DNA of 63,428 bases, filler included, from Sphacelaria rigidula (GCA_964200075.2; 10 parts of 10 records of this genome joined end to end with filler, not necessarily neighbours in it); one strand, 5' to 3'. Counted from the whole stretch's first letter, positions 12,915-26,546 are shown. Translations and numbers: made by a program. Notes: generated by a model not told the origin, from the sequence alone.

Positions 12915-15900
12915 CTGCTTTCCGTGCGCTTCCTGCTCGCGCACGACGCGCAGCAGTTCTGCATGATTTCTGCGCAGCAGCGCCACAGGCAGCAGCTCTT
13001 CTGGATCGACATGAGCTCCGCCACCGTCCATCTCGCCGTCGTCCCGCGGTGTATTCCCGCCTCCAACCCTTCTAGGCCAAGATATGACTTCATCCGTCGG
13101 CAACTGGGACGGCGGAGTTAATGCGACCGGCAGGGGCGGCGGCGGCGATAGTGAAGCCACTTCCTGTCGTTTATCGATTGGGCGGTCCATGATCAGGGAA
13201 GACGTTACTCTTCAGGGTGCCCGACCTCACAAAGATCTAGCGGATCTTGAATATTTCTTAATGATGAGATGTACTGGTCACGACTCGCCGATTCTGTGTG
13301 GAGCAAGAGGGTCCCTGCGGCGAAAAAACTCATCTAATTCTCTCGGGCCGGCGAAGCATTACACAGGACGAGCAAGACCTACGGTTATCGTAGGCACGAC
13401 AAACACGTACGTGGCTCTTATCCTCAAGAGGGGGCGGGGGGTTACCCTAAAAACAACCGAAACTTACATGAAGCGAAAAAACAACATGGCACAGATACAC
13501 ACCACTCTCTTTACCAAACAACCATGTCACACCACGTCACACGAAACCAAACTTCCTCACCCCGCCACCGGGAAGCTCCGATGTGAATAATGCCGCCCTC
13601 GCACGAGATGCCGTGGATCCTGATCCTCGGGCGCGTTCCTGCTGTCCTTCGACTTCACCGTAATCATCCGTTCGGTTTCGATCATGGTTCTGCACTGCTC
13701 CTCCGTCTGGAATCTGCTCTTCGCTGCCGGGCGGACCCTTCGAGCCCTGTTGCTCCCCCGCTAGCTGTGGACTGCGACGAGTTGACAACGGCGTATTATT
13801 AGACGGCGGAATATTCGCCCGCTGTTCGATGCGTGTCCGCCATACTTCATCGACGGCGTCGCCGTGACCGCTGCTATTTGTGCTACGCGACAGCATGAGC
13901 ACCTCAACAGGAGTCAAAAACACGCCTCCATCCCCGCCGCCGGCACGACCACCACCGCCGCCGCCATCGCGGCCGTTGCTGTCTCTCCCTCCACGTTTAT
14001 CCTTACTTCTGTGGCCGCCGCTACCGCCGCCGCCGCCTGAAGCTGAAACCCGCGGCGGCGTGTTTTCGGCAGCTTTCCCCTCATCGCTAGGAGAATCGAC
14101 TGCTGCAACATTTGAGGGCGGCTGCCGATGACCGTGATTGGATCGACGCCTGCCCTTACCTCTCCCCGCTGAAACGTTCCCCCTGCCGTCGCCGATCGCC
14201 AGTTCTGCGGCGGCAGCTTCGGAGGTGTCCCGCTCTGTACTTCCTAGATCTGCGGCCGGCAGAATGTCCTCCAATAGTGACGTCATGACGCGTTCGAAAT
14301 TCCTCTCTGCACCTCCTTCTCGCCCTCCCCGCGCAGCGGGGGAGTCGGGCGGTGGAGTTCTCTCGTCCCGCCTCCGTTGCTGCGAAATTGACAACATGGG
14401 TTGTTCTCCGTTGTGCCGACGAGTGAGGTCTTGTCCACGCGCAAGTCCTTGGCCTATAATATCGCGATCTTCTTCGGCGTGGTTGCGAACGGAGGCCGTC
14501 CGTATTGCTACGCGGCCGTCGTTGTCACCGCCATCAGAATTAGTAGATGCTCGACGTGGCGGCGGCGTTGGCGGCGGCTGCAATGGAGGTGACCCATCGA
14601 AAATATCGCGGGTGACGCCGTCGAGCTTGACTGTGCCCCCTCCCATCAGCGGCGGCGGGTTTGCCCGAGTGTTGAGAGAGGATGGGGTATGTCGTAGTGA
14701 TCCGATTGTAGCTGCGTCATTTGAAGGCTCTTGGTTTGCCGTTGGCGGTACTAGGCCGTTGCCCAGCAGGAGATCAATGTTGGACAACATTGCGGCAGCG
14801 ACGGCGGCCGTTCTGGAGGTTTCTGCGGCTGCTCCGACTTCCGGCAAGGCTGGTATCGTCGTCACCTGCTGAAGGGATCCGTGTCAGAAGCGAGGTGGTG
14901 TGCTACCAGAAAATATAAATTGTTGCGTTTATCGTAGCACATAATATATGTTGACCTTTGAGGATGGGATGGTCAGGACACCTAAGCTACGTACTTCACA
15001 GGATTCATCTTTATTCGTATTCTTTGACTTTCGTCGAGCTCACTGAAGTGAATCCATGCACGAATCGCAACCATAGAGAGGCAAAAAGGTGGCAAGGGAT
15101 GCCGCAGGGGTTTCTTAAAGGTTGGCGTCGCAGCTTCGACACGCCGAGCACGCTTCACAAGCGAAGCATCAGCCCGGCCGCAGGCGAAGCATTTTTGCGG
15201 ACACACACCGCAAGGTGTTGATGACGCTTTGCTATGGAGACATGATTTCACAGCATCTTCACAACAGAGACAACTCACACACGCCAGCGACCGCAGAAAC
15301 GTGGACACGTTCAGCTGTGACATAGTGAAGAGGCAGGCGCCGCACACTATTTCAAGCGTGGAAATATTACGGCAAGGCAACGGAAATAACTCCGACCCAC
15401 TGTAGGGTACAAAGCGGAGTCTCCGTCTTGACCGACATACTAACGCACTTGCCGAGGAACACCGCGATTCATAACAACACGTCGGGTAGACGCAACGCAA
15501 AAACTACCAAACGTCGGACGGATCATGATCTGTCGGAAACAACTCATCAAAGAAGACTCTCGAGTCCGTTGGTCCAACAACACAAGATATGTGAGCGCAG
15601 AGTCAGAAACGCCAGAGCGCAGCCTTCGCACTACTCGGCGTGCTCAGCGTCCGGCGCCGTAAGGAGCAAACGTGGAAAAGGGGGGTCAAATGATCTCGAT
15701 AATGATCCGAATCAGTATACTGATGAGAAGAAAATTTCAGACGGATCATGATCTGTCCGACTTGTGAAAACTACCAACGCACCGTTGTCATGCCGCTGAC
15801 GCCTTCGCCCGAGTGCTCGCTACGCTTGAACTCTCGCAGGAAAGCCGCCACGTCTATGGGTTCGCCCCCTGCGGCGGCCCCCTCCGCCCTAGCGTTCCAG

Positions 15901-17021
15901 AAATCCGGGCGCCCCTCTTCCGATTCCAGTTGAGACGAAGCAGCAAGATGTACCTCCTTCGACAGAGAAGAGGGGGCAAACGGGGCAAACTCTGTCGACA
16001 ACTGAGGCTGCCGCTGTCCGAACAACGCCTGCGTCGAATCATCGAGAGACCACGGCGCCAATAATCGGGAATGTGCATGCGGCCGGATATCCTCCGACGC
16101 CTTTGCCGGCGCCGGCACCGCCGAATAATGTACAGCAACATCGCCATCATTGCTACTGACTGCAAACATATCCCTTAGATCAGCAGCTGCTAGTGCCTGC
16201 CCCGCCGATGTCATACCCTCACGGTCAGTAGACGACGATTCTTGTCTGGCGTCAGCGGACGTACGGTGTGGCCGGTCGTCCAACCCCCAACGGGGAAAAT
16301 AGATATCTGGATTCTCCACGCCGTCGCCAGCGATGGCGGAAGCACCGGCGATCGCAACGGCGGAGTTGGCGGCGGAATTCGCAGTTGCATTCGGGACGAC
16401 ACGCCGATGTAAAACATCGACTTGTACGGAGGTGGTACCTCCTGCAGCAGCAGGTGATGGGCTACTGGCGGTGGCAGAGCGAGACTTGTGATAGTCCCCG
16501 TGCAGCACCGCGGCCGCGTCCCTCAAGCGCAGGTCAGCTACAGAAATACCCCTGCACGACGAAAAGGTTCGGGCTGTGGAATGAGTTACACACAGGACAT
16601 GCAACTTGAATTCACGCCAGGTGCTCAAAAATGTCGACGGATGATTCGACACGCGAATACAGCGCCGGTACGATGAAGAAGCAGGATTTCTCGTTGATTA
16701 TCCGCCGCGCCGCGGTGGTGTAATGGACCGACTGTCGCCATTCGGGTGGAGAGAACGAGGGTTCGACTCCCCATGCGTTGGGTTTTTTCTTCGTAGTATC
16801 TGATTCCCACTACAGAAAGCGTGAGAACGTGGGTAAACAAAGTAGGTGACTGAGTTTGTTTGACGTGAGTTGACTCGGTGCGGGAGTGCTGATGGTCATC
16901 ATCCACTCTGCGAGACCAAAATGCAAGGCGTATATCGGGGGGAAATGGGTTGATCCCTTGAGACCACGGGCTCATCCCAGGGAAGGGGGGGGGTTCAAAG
17001 CGCGACAAATAACAATAAACA

Positions 17022-17055
<34 letters not shown>

Positions 17056-17870
17056 CCATCGGTGGGTGCCACAATCCTGAGACGCTCGTCGCATGGATAA
17101 TCTTCGAGCATCACACTCAAATCCAACCCACCTCAGCCGAATGCACGTAGTGCAAATGCTGGTAGCTCGGCGAGCGACATCTAACGCGTGCCACGCCGCC
17201 CCCGCACCCCCGCTCCCCCCTCCGCCCACCGACACGACCAACCAACACCTTGCGTTCCCCGAAATCAGCGGACGCAAAGCTTCCACCAGGCGACCGCCGC
17301 CGCCTCCACCGCCGCCGGCCTTACCCTTCCGCGACCCGAATATCGGGTGAGGAGGAGGCGGCGGCAGAAGCGGTGGGGCGGGATCGGAGGCCGCAGGGCC
17401 ACATGACCTTGCCTGGCTAGTGTCTTCGCTTATGTTGCCGTCTGAGTGGTCACCATGACTTGTCGACGATGCCACTTGTCCGTTACATTTTCCACTTGCG
17501 CTTTTGGTTCCTGCGCTAGACCCAGGGCCGCCTCCGCCTCCGCCTCCGCCTCCGCCTCCGCCTACGCCACAGCGTGCCGCATCGTCGAGAGACAATCCCG
17601 CCAGCATGGTCTCAAAACTGTTGATGTCTCTGGTCACGCTGGCACGACCGGGGATGGGCACTGGCTGCTTGGATCCTTTTGTGACGCCACCGTCAGCCTT
17701 CGCGGATTTGTCCTGTGGTTGCTGAGAATGGCGTTGGGTTATCGCAAGGGGACAGCCGGCGGAGGACGCGGAGGGGGGAGCGAGGGTCATACAAGGGCGG
17801 GAAATCATTCGCTCCTCCGCCGGAGCGATGGGTGACATCATTGACACACCCAACGGGCCTTTGGGCTTGC
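12915..17870 (-). CDS. Partial spliced gene: divergent kinesin-like motor C-terminus followed by a long low-complexity tail
   Basis: Phase-consistent exons about 17870-17132, 16551-15783, 14868-13561 and 13163-12915. RLVEALRPLISGNARCWLVVSV...AWHALDVARRATSI resembles the kinesin pattern LT.LL..SLGGN.RT.MIA.ISP...ET..TL.FA.RAK.I. The gene is well supported; the kinesin call is tentative. Confidence 0.6.
16706..17000 (+). mobile_element. tRNA-derived SINE family 2 (intronic, followed by an (AT)n run)
   Basis: Head GCCGCGGTGGTGTAATGG...GAGGGTTCGACTCCC. 3' body fragments also occur on the minus strand at about 3064-3155, 20660-20800 and 53612-53681. Confidence 0.78.
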
Positions 17871-19279
17871 TCACTCGAGTCACGGGTGTCGTATCAGAAA
17901 ATGGGTCAGGGCGTTCCGTGCGAGTCGAACGGGAAAGTGGAGACAGGCCGGGGTTGAGTTATATGAGTCAAAGCGGGGATTGACGACGACTGGGATTGGA
18001 CGAACCGAGAGCACAAGGAAATATGAGGAAGAGTTTGTGCCGTTGCATCCTGTGCACTGCCATAGTACTGGACTGCTCCCCTGCGCGCTATCTGGGAGTC
18101 ATACTTCCATCACACTGTATACAGTCAGTTGGTTGTAGCGGTACCTTGCTAAGTGCGTTCATGTACAGTGACTGTACAAAAGGTATGCATGAGTCATGTA
18201 CGCCGCTGCACCGACGGCTTTCTGGAGTACGCCGCACTGATTGTGCTGCATGTCTGTACAGCACCACATTACTGTACTCACGTAGTTTGTAGCTGAGTGT
18301 TATGAGGGCAGTACGCAACTTTCTGCGATAGACTAAACTGTGCGATACAAGCCAGTCGCTGGTCGTATTGGCCCCACGATTGAAATGTGACTGTACATTC
18401 GTGGGCATGTCACCTGGACGGTCCCAGTACACGAGTGCAGGACGCTATTTTAGATATTGGGCTTCTTTTCATGATCAACGGAGGCAGATAGGAAACCACT
18501 CGGGGAACGGGGATCCCCGCCCTAGGTGCCCCGATAGAGGGGGAAGTGTTCCGTGTGCTGGTAGGAACAGCGCTTTGCCAACTGCATTGCGCAGAGCGCC
18601 GTGCACCATGCCGGCGCCCAGAGGCGTGAAAATACCTCCGTGTATAACCCGGGCAACAGAGCAATACCGGGGGAAAAAACACGGTGCTTGAGATGGGGGA
18701 AAATACACAGTGAGCTGCGAGTCATTTTGCGACGAGGGCTCGGGCAAATGTCATCCGCAATATCCCGAACTACGCCAATTGAGCCTCATTCCAGTCGGAA
18801 GCTGACCGAAATAATGCGGATCCAACATCCGGACTCGCTGGACGTATGAAAGCACCACGAATTATCGCGGGCATGGATTCGGTAGACACTAACAGCGTGA
18901 GCAGGACAAGAAAAAATATACTTGGGGGAGGGGGGGGTGGGGATGTACTCATGATCATGNNNNNNNNNNNNNNNNNNNNNNNNNNNNNNNNNNNNNNNNN
19001 NNNTTAATTAATTAANNNNNNNNNNNNNNNNNNNNNNNNNNNNNNNNNNNNNNNNNNNNTTCTCAGTGAGGTGTGTTTTTTACTTATTTGAAGGATTGTT
19101 CCCCCTCCGGTTAATGTGGACTTCCCCCCCCCCCCCCCCGCCGAAGATCGGAGCGTGCACAGTGAAACCAAGTATTCGTTCAGCCGTGAAATTTTCGGCC
19201 AATTCGAGTCAACCTCACTGCTGTTTGTTTCTTTTTCTCCCCCCGCCCGTCCCCTTTTTTGTTGTAAAACCTGGAACAG

Positions 19280-21419
19280 ATGTCTGTCCAGGGTGGAGTA
19301 CGAAACGCTGCCTACCGCTCTATGGCAGTGGTTATCCGATATTTACACCCGGAGGTGGCGGCCACGCACTTGGGTGTTCCTGTGCTGCCCCTCCTCTTCA
19401 ACGAAGCTCTGCTCGCTTTGGGTAACCGGAGCAAACTGCAACCCTTGAACACGAAACGGGAGGCTGTTCCGGTTAGGAGGAGGTAGGTCTAAAGATTTTG
19501 GAAGTGAGGAGTGCGTTGACGCTTGGACCGCGATGCTGGTAGTCCATCTGGATCACGCATACTTTTTTATTCAGTTGGTAGGGCTCTGAATCACAGCACT
19601 CCTTAGAGTTTGACGATACTCCGGGGAGGGGGGGGAAGTGGCCAATGGTCCGAGGTGTCACATAATCCGCTCCATAAGTATTGCGGTACTCTGGGGGAGG
19701 AATGGATGATGGCCCCCGGGGTTATGGAACATATGTTGCATAAATATGACGGCACTATCGGGACTGAGGGCTACAGCTTGTTTTTGTTTTGATCATGACG
19801 GATTTTGTGTTCCCGATATATGGTACAGTGCAGCTCACATTTTTTTTTTCATGTACAGGGTACATACAGTATGTTGATTCCGACTTGTCGTGAAAGAAAA
19901 AAAGGAGACGGATACCGCTTCCGCGTCGCCGACATCCGCGCTCGCGCATGATGCATGGTGTATGGTGTATGGTGTATGAATATGCAGCATTCGTTCGTCA
20001 AACGTTTGCAGCCGTGTGCAAAAACATGCACACAGTGAAGTTTCCAGCGGTGCTTTCCTTGGCAACTCAGAGACAAGTTTCCTTGCACCACGTCATGATG
20101 ACCAACGTCTATTTTCGTTTGCTGCTATGACGTGTTCCTCCCGTGTCCCGTGTTTTCAGTGGTGCACATAGCAAGAAGGCCAAGCAGCCTCTATGCTTCA
20201 ACCTGCGGACGGCCGCAAATAACGGACACGGGGCAGTGATTCATGAAAACACCGTGTGGGCAGGCGTGGAATGCTTGGCCGTGCTGGTGCTGGACTGCGG
20301 GTTGCATCTACCAGCTGTGGAGGTGTGTGTGGCGGAAGGCATGACCCGTTTGCGTTATCAGGGTATGTCTTCGGGATGTATCTCTACTGTCATTGAGTAA
20401 GTTATTTTTTGTGAAAATTTGTTTTCATTCATTTTTGTATTTTTTTTCACTTGATTTTTTTTTTTCATGTTTTTTTTGCTAGTCTACTCTAATGAGTATG
20501 TTCTCCCTGTTCTGTTTTTTTTTTTCACTTCTCTTCAGCCAGTGTTTCAGTCATGGTTTGTCTCGGGTACGTGTATCGTGTGACCAAAGCTGGATCCCTG
20601 GAGTTGATATCAGATAAATCAAATCAATCGATTCCTCCTCGTCATATTTTTGAATACCACCTCCATCCCTTCCCCCAAACGAGTCCGTAGTCTAGAGGGA
20701 TGAACCCTCGTCATACCCTGAATAACTCCTCCATCCCTTCCTCCGAACGAGTCCGTGGTCTCGAGGAATGAGCCCATCTATCCCCCGGTACACGCCTGCT
20801 GTTTTAGTCGAGCTAGATCATATTGTGCGGGATGAGAGAACCTCAACGGGGTGTTGAAATGTTAACACACCCAGGAGACAGTGTGAAAGCCGTGGCTGTC
20901 TCTGAAAGTGGCGATACCAGAAAATGAAGCAACTCATTGGAAGCTGTCATCCAAATGCAAAATGATCAGTACGCTTCGGGCCGAACAATCTTGGCGAGAT
21001 GCAGCTCACCCTTCATGCGACTCCCCGAACACGTCACGGCGCTTCGCGCTTGGCTCCGCGCTTGGTGATTGATTGCGAGCCTGGTCCGGCAAAAACCCGG
21101 CGTGCTCCGTCCTGGCTTTGTATGGATACGAGGTCAATCGTCATATGACTATGGCATGCATGATCATGAGTACGTCCCCCTTCCCCTCCCCCGCTTCACG
21201 CCTGACATGTTGGTATCGCGGATTGGATCTTACTTTCGACGTTCGTACCACGCGAAGATTACTGAAGTGGAAAGCGTGGTCACCGAGGGCGTCGATATAC
21301 TGGCGCACCGACCCCTCGAAGTGAGCCCCTTCAATGAGGATGAACCACAGATGTTGCGACACGCGTCTACTCGAGAGGCGTTCGTCAGGCTGGTCCACCA
21401 CTATCTGCTCTTGGCCGAG
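19280..21419 (+). CDS. Possible partial spliced gene of unknown product
   Basis: AG/GT-bounded segments about 19280-19421, 20160-20322 and 21351-21419 can be joined in one frame (..VCPGWSTKRCLPLYGSG..GAHSKKAKQPLCFNL..MLRHASTREAFVRLVHHYLLLAE). No homology was recognised. Confidence 0.35.
20810..21192 (+). repeat. Long copy of a dispersed repeat family ending in GAGTAC + C-run; paralog at about 33533-33917
   Basis: About 350 bp align by eye between the two loci (AGCTAGATCAT..GTGGCGATACCAGAAAA..GCAGCTCACCCTTCATGCGA..GGCATGCA..GAGTAC). Confidence 0.85.
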
Positions 21420-21832
21420 GTGGGTGGATCGTGTGGTTGCAGGAGAGCGCTGGAACATAGTCCACAGGGTAAAATAATACCGTACATGTTTTTTTGCGGG
21501 GCGATTCTGTCATCATCCGTCTCTCTTTTTTGCAACAGAATTTTCCCCGCACTCGTAGTAGTAGTGGCAGTAGAAGTGCGGATTGTGTGTACCCTTCGAT
21601 CGTGTGCTACCTTTTTTTCTCCTCGTTGCATTTATACATGTAGGGCGATTAACATGCATTATGTTTGTCGAACAGTATGCTCGCGAGTAGATGAGAGTTG
21701 CTCGGTCAGTATAACTTCCGGGAGTTAGCAGTATCGGAGAAGGTCGGTCGACTGGTCTGGTCTGGTCTAGTCTGGAGTAATTATACGGTAGGGGGGGGGG
21801 GGATTGATTTGACGAAAAACAGGGGCTCGCAT

Positions 21833-22097
21833 GACACGTTCTACGGTAGCCCCCTCCCCCCCCCCGCAAAACTGCAAGGTTTTGGGAGGTAAGATCTTCA
21901 CGTAAATCGAAATGGGGATAGCTGAGCACAAGGAGCAGCTGGAAATTACTACGCTTGGGTTCGTTCTAGCCAATGCCGCTAATATGAAGTGCTTCATGCA
22001 CAGCCTGAACCCGAACATCGGGCGCTGTATGGCCATTTTTTCGTGACCCTTTTTCGGCTGGTTTTAGGTTTGGGGAGGGGGTATCGTGGAAATTGTT
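21833..22097. mobile_element. MITE of the GAC...GTC family, 4-bp TSD GCAT
   Basis: Paralog of 27014-27264; GCAT on both flanks (21829-21832 and 22098-22101). Confidence 0.8.
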
Positions 22098-22267
22098 GCA
22101 TGTGTCACAAGATTTAAATAACTGCTAGCGGTGGGTTTGAAGTTGGGTGAAAATGGTGTCGAGTGGTATGACGAACTGTGTGTTTGTGGTGACAAGCACG
22201 TTCGAACAAACACCGCTGCTATCGACGATTCTTCGACGTGGATTTTCGAGGAAGAAATGCCTCCAAA

Positions 22268-22305
<38 letters not shown>

Positions 22306-22942
22306 ACCCCCCCCCCCCCCCCCTCTCCTCTCTCAACCCCCTCGCTCTCCCTCTTCNNNNNNNNNNGGAGCTGTTGAAGAAACAATCCACCCCCCCCCCC
22401 CCCCCCCCCCCCCCTTATCACAGCATCACTCTCTGTTCTGTTCCGAAATGAGTTGGTGTGTATCATGAGGGGATGGCCAGTCCTTTGACCGTCCGAGAAT
22501 GTTCTCGTCTGTTGAATCGGCATCATTTTAACGTGCAGAAAAAATGACTTGTGATCAAAATCAGCTGTCCCATTTTCGGGCACTGAAAGGGTTCCATTAT
22601 ATACGAATGCTCTTGCTGCACTGTAGGAAAGAAATATATATATATATATATGTGGAGTATTTTGGGAGGGAAAAAAGATCGGCGGTTAACAACACAAAGG
22701 GTTTGGCTACAGATAATAGTTTGTTGACCCGTGTTGCGTTTTTTCCTTTTGTGTTTATGTTTTTCCCCTTGTACCGCGCGTCGTTGTGTCACAGGATAAG
22801 GGGCGGAACCCCGCGGGAATGTTGTATTCGGAGGCGATGCTGGCGTTCGAGTCTCATCTCCATGACCCTGATGCGGCGGTGGCCAACGAGTGTAGGTAAG
22901 ATTGTGATTTCGGTTTATTTGTCGCACACAAAACTCGACTAA

Positions 22943-23151
22943 ACGGCTGAACCCCTCTCGCGATAAAAGATAAAGGCGAGCACCGCATAAGGAGGGTAGA
23001 GTGCTAAGACGAATAAAGAAGAAAAACTCGTGTGTTGGCCTTCCTCCTGTGACCCCAGCTGGTGCGCCCACACATATACCGAAAGGTGTGGACCGACGTC
23101 CAAGATAAATGGGATGGTGGCGCGCGTGCGCGCGCGCGCACACACACACAC
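22943..23151 (+). mobile_element. SINE family 1, 5'-truncated copy
   Basis: CCTCCTGTGACCCCAGCTGGTGCGCCCACACATATACCGAAAGGTGT...GGGATG followed by (CA)n is the reverse complement of the family 1 body. Confidence 0.75.
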
Positions 23152-23464
23152 ATGAGTTGATTGTCCCCCAGGAGGTTTCTGCCGTGGTCACAGGGTGGAC
23201 GTGTCCGCTCACTGAATAATGACAGAATATAGTCAAATAGTGTATTGCGTATGGTATCGACTGCTGCGTCCATTGCAATAGAGAATAGATTCTATACTGT
23301 ACACAGTGCACTTGAAAAAAACTGTCATCCAGGGTGTGTGAAATACCCGCTAAAGAAACAAAAGATGAGTGAAAAGAAAACTAGGAGAGACGGGGTGAAA
23401 CTGAAGAACAAGAATAATAACGTGGGGATTAAGATGACCTAGATCGAATCGTTGAAGTGCCCAC

Positions 23465-23466
<2 letters not shown>

Positions 23467-23527
<61 letters not shown>
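23467..23527 (+). repeat. (GT)n microsatellite
   Basis: Perfect dinucleotide run; another occurs at about 54950-54991. Confidence 0.97.
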
Positions 23528-23529
<2 letters not shown>

Positions 23530-23595
23530 CCGCTTGGGACCAGCACCCTGAGCAGTGCGTTGTGTATGAGGTATGTTTTTTCTACTCCTAACACG

Positions 23596-24013
23596 TGATG
23601 TTACAAATTGGGGATTGATTTTTTATTGGGGATGAGAACCCGGAGAATAAAAATCTTCGTATCCACACCAAATCTTTCAAATATGGTTCTAATTCTTCGC
23701 TTGCTGGTACCTTTTGACAACTACTACACGTCGTAAAAAGTTGGATTTTGATCACTGAGATGTTGGGGTCCCACGTAAAAAAAAAATGGGGATGCGATCG
23801 GATCACCGAAAATACCCAAAACTGGCTGTTCACCTAGGACCCCAACACATCAGTTACCGAAACCCAAATTCGTATGGCGTGTAGAAGTTGTCAATAGCTA
23901 CCAGCAAGTGAAGAAATGGAACCGTATTTCGAACATTTGGTGTGAATACGAATATTTCAATTCTCTGGCTTCTCATCCCCCACTAAAAAATCCATCCCCA
24001 ACGTGTAAAGTCA
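23596..24013. mobile_element. Long-TIR MITE of about 420 bp; copies at about 40148-40575 and 41033-41462
   Basis: Arms GGGGATGAGAACCCGGAGAATAAAAATCTTCGTATCCACACCAAATC... and ...TTTGGTGTGAATACGAATATTTC..CTCATCCCC are reverse complements; three copies in the window. Confidence 0.75.
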
Positions 24014-25412
24014 CGTGTTTCCCGTCGTTGTTTTTTTTATTTTTTATTGTTGCTTCCCTGTTGCCCCCTTTTTATCTCGTCTTGACGTGACTGTGTTGAT
24101 TTTCTTCTTTCTTTTCCATCCGTTTTTTTCGCCATTCCCGAGTTTTCTTGGCACTCAGTGTGCTTTTCTTCTTCTCCTGTTCACCTCGAATACGTTTTTC
24201 TCGTCACCAACCACCCCTGGATGATGATCCGTAGCGGATCAGGTAGTGTGCGACAATCGATCAATTTGCCATTATTGTTGGTATTGAAGTCTCGTCCCCC
24301 TCCCCCAGTGGTGGCCACAGACAGCGAAACAGTACGGGGATAAGGAGCGTAAACTGTTTTTGTGTGATGCATGAAAGAAATGTCAAGAACGCCCAAATGT
24401 TGGAGGTGTCCCTAGTAGGAGTGGCAGCGGTGTGCTCCGTCTCGAAAGGGATGCGTGGTCATTTAATCAAACGACTACGGCAAGCAACAAATGAGCCCCC
24501 CCCCCTTCTCTCCCTTCCCTTCCCTGTGAACATCAACTGGTCCCTTTGTGCAACAGGGTGGCATTGGCAGACCTTAAGGCGTCTGCAGGAGTGGATTCTG
24601 TGCGAGTGGCGCCTTCCCTAGAGGAAATGGAAGTGGAGGAAGACAACGATATGCACGTGGGGGGTGATGAGGTAGGACGTATGTAAGACTTTGTTGCACG
24701 ACCGGGGGGTTCTGGTACTGTAGACCTTGAGCACTCACACACATTTTGGAGTATACGCCTAAGCGTCCATGTGCACGCGATGCATCTATTGCCCTGCCCA
24801 TGCGTCTTGTGATGACGTGACATGTCTAAGGTATGTAGATATGTTCCATCCTTTTGGAACCGTTGATGGAAAAGTGACGATTTGCGATTGACGTTTTCTC
24901 CTGGGGAAGATACGGTTGTTGTTTTTCGGCAAGCATTGATGATGCAGCCCACCAGAACGGTGCACCACTCTCACTTCAAGTATACTCATGTGACAGATCG
25001 GTGCACCGAACTCGAAGTGACGGAAGCTCGCATATGGGAGTTTTTGAATCGTCACTTTTCCATCGATGGTTCCGAAGGGGTTCATCGGGGGAGTGATGAG
25101 TTGCCTGATCCCTCGGAGAGTAGTGAGTTGTCCCGAGGAAGCCGAAATGTTGAGTGAAAAACGAATATGTGGATATTACGACCACGTGAGAGATGGAAGT
25201 CTCATGACCTCTTGTCAAGGGCTCTCTGACATCGACGTATTTTTTCACGGTTAGGACGGATCATCACGACAACGAATCACCAAATCCACGATTTCTTCGG
25301 CCTGATTGCCCANNNNNNNNNNNNNNNNNNNNNNNNNNNNNNNNNNNNNNNNNNNNTTAATTAATTAANNNNNNNNNNNNNNNNNNNNNNNNNNNNNNNN
25401 NNNNNNNNNNNN

Positions 25413-25443
<31 letters not shown>

Positions 25444-26546
25444 TAATAATGATAATAGGCAGCCTGACGCATTCCCGTGCACAAAATCGCGAGTTCAATT
25501 CTCTTACGAAACCCTGTTGGAATAACTCGTGTCCGTAACGCTGTCCTTGCGACAGGCTGACTGCCGTTCAGCGAACGGTGATATGCAGAGGTTGCACCGT
25601 GGTTGATTAAACCACTTGCTTCCGCAGCTCAGAATGAAATCAGTGTGACAAATGGTTGATTGGGCTCTTCATCTGGCCAAGAAAAACAAAACGCACAGTC
25701 TCTTCTCAAAGCAGAGGACTGATGGTGGTGAAGGAGAGTGATTTTAAAGGGGCGGTGAGGGTCACCGATTACAAGTATCTCAATCGTGGAACCAAAAACA
25801 AAGCACTGTATGTACGTGAGGCTAGAACGCGTCCATGACTCTGGCGTGTTGGTTTGCCGGCTCACAGACTGGATTCTTACTCAACCTACGACACTCACAA
25901 GCAATGGCAGCACACTGTCGTATCCTACAAGCTTACGTGGCAATTCTGACAAGATGTCTAACTCAAGGATCCATAAAAAAAAGGTACTTGTACCCGGGGT
26001 CATTGTTGGGGTTAAGATCCTTTGAACCGGAACCTATTGTGCCGCCAGTTTGCTACAGAGGTAAAACCCACACAGAAACGGATAGCTTGATGACCAGCTG
26101 TATAACTTTCCAACATTTCCCCTTCGGTTGTACGTCGCTTAGCAGATCAGTCCTCAATCAAATCGTAAACTAGACAAATGAACTAAGAGTACTATGAAGC
26201 ACGCTGTACTAATGTGTAAGAATCAGCTACAAGGTACAATCAAATAAAAATAATCATCCAAGATACGCTGTCCTGATGTGTAAAACTCAGTCTGTTTTTT
26301 CATGCGCATAGGTGGTATTCGTTTACTCCAAGAAAAGCCGTTACCCTTGAAATTTCATCCCCATACAAATACACTCGGGCTATTTGTATAGCATCCAAAT
26401 TTCGGAGCTTGCAATAGCCTAAAAGGTTTTCCCGTAGCATACAACACCAAACATACCGCACAAATATCAAAGAGCATGTACCTATGGTACTCAACACCCT
26501 TAAATCCAGTTATGTTACTCATATGTCAACAGTGCACACTCAGGAC

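Noticed and set aside
22260..22415. Poly-Pro and poly-Gly ORFs at C/G homopolymers (also 8910-9075 and 32170-32315)
   Set aside because: Homopolymer runs next to assembly gaps; lengths are unreliable and there is no coding evidence.
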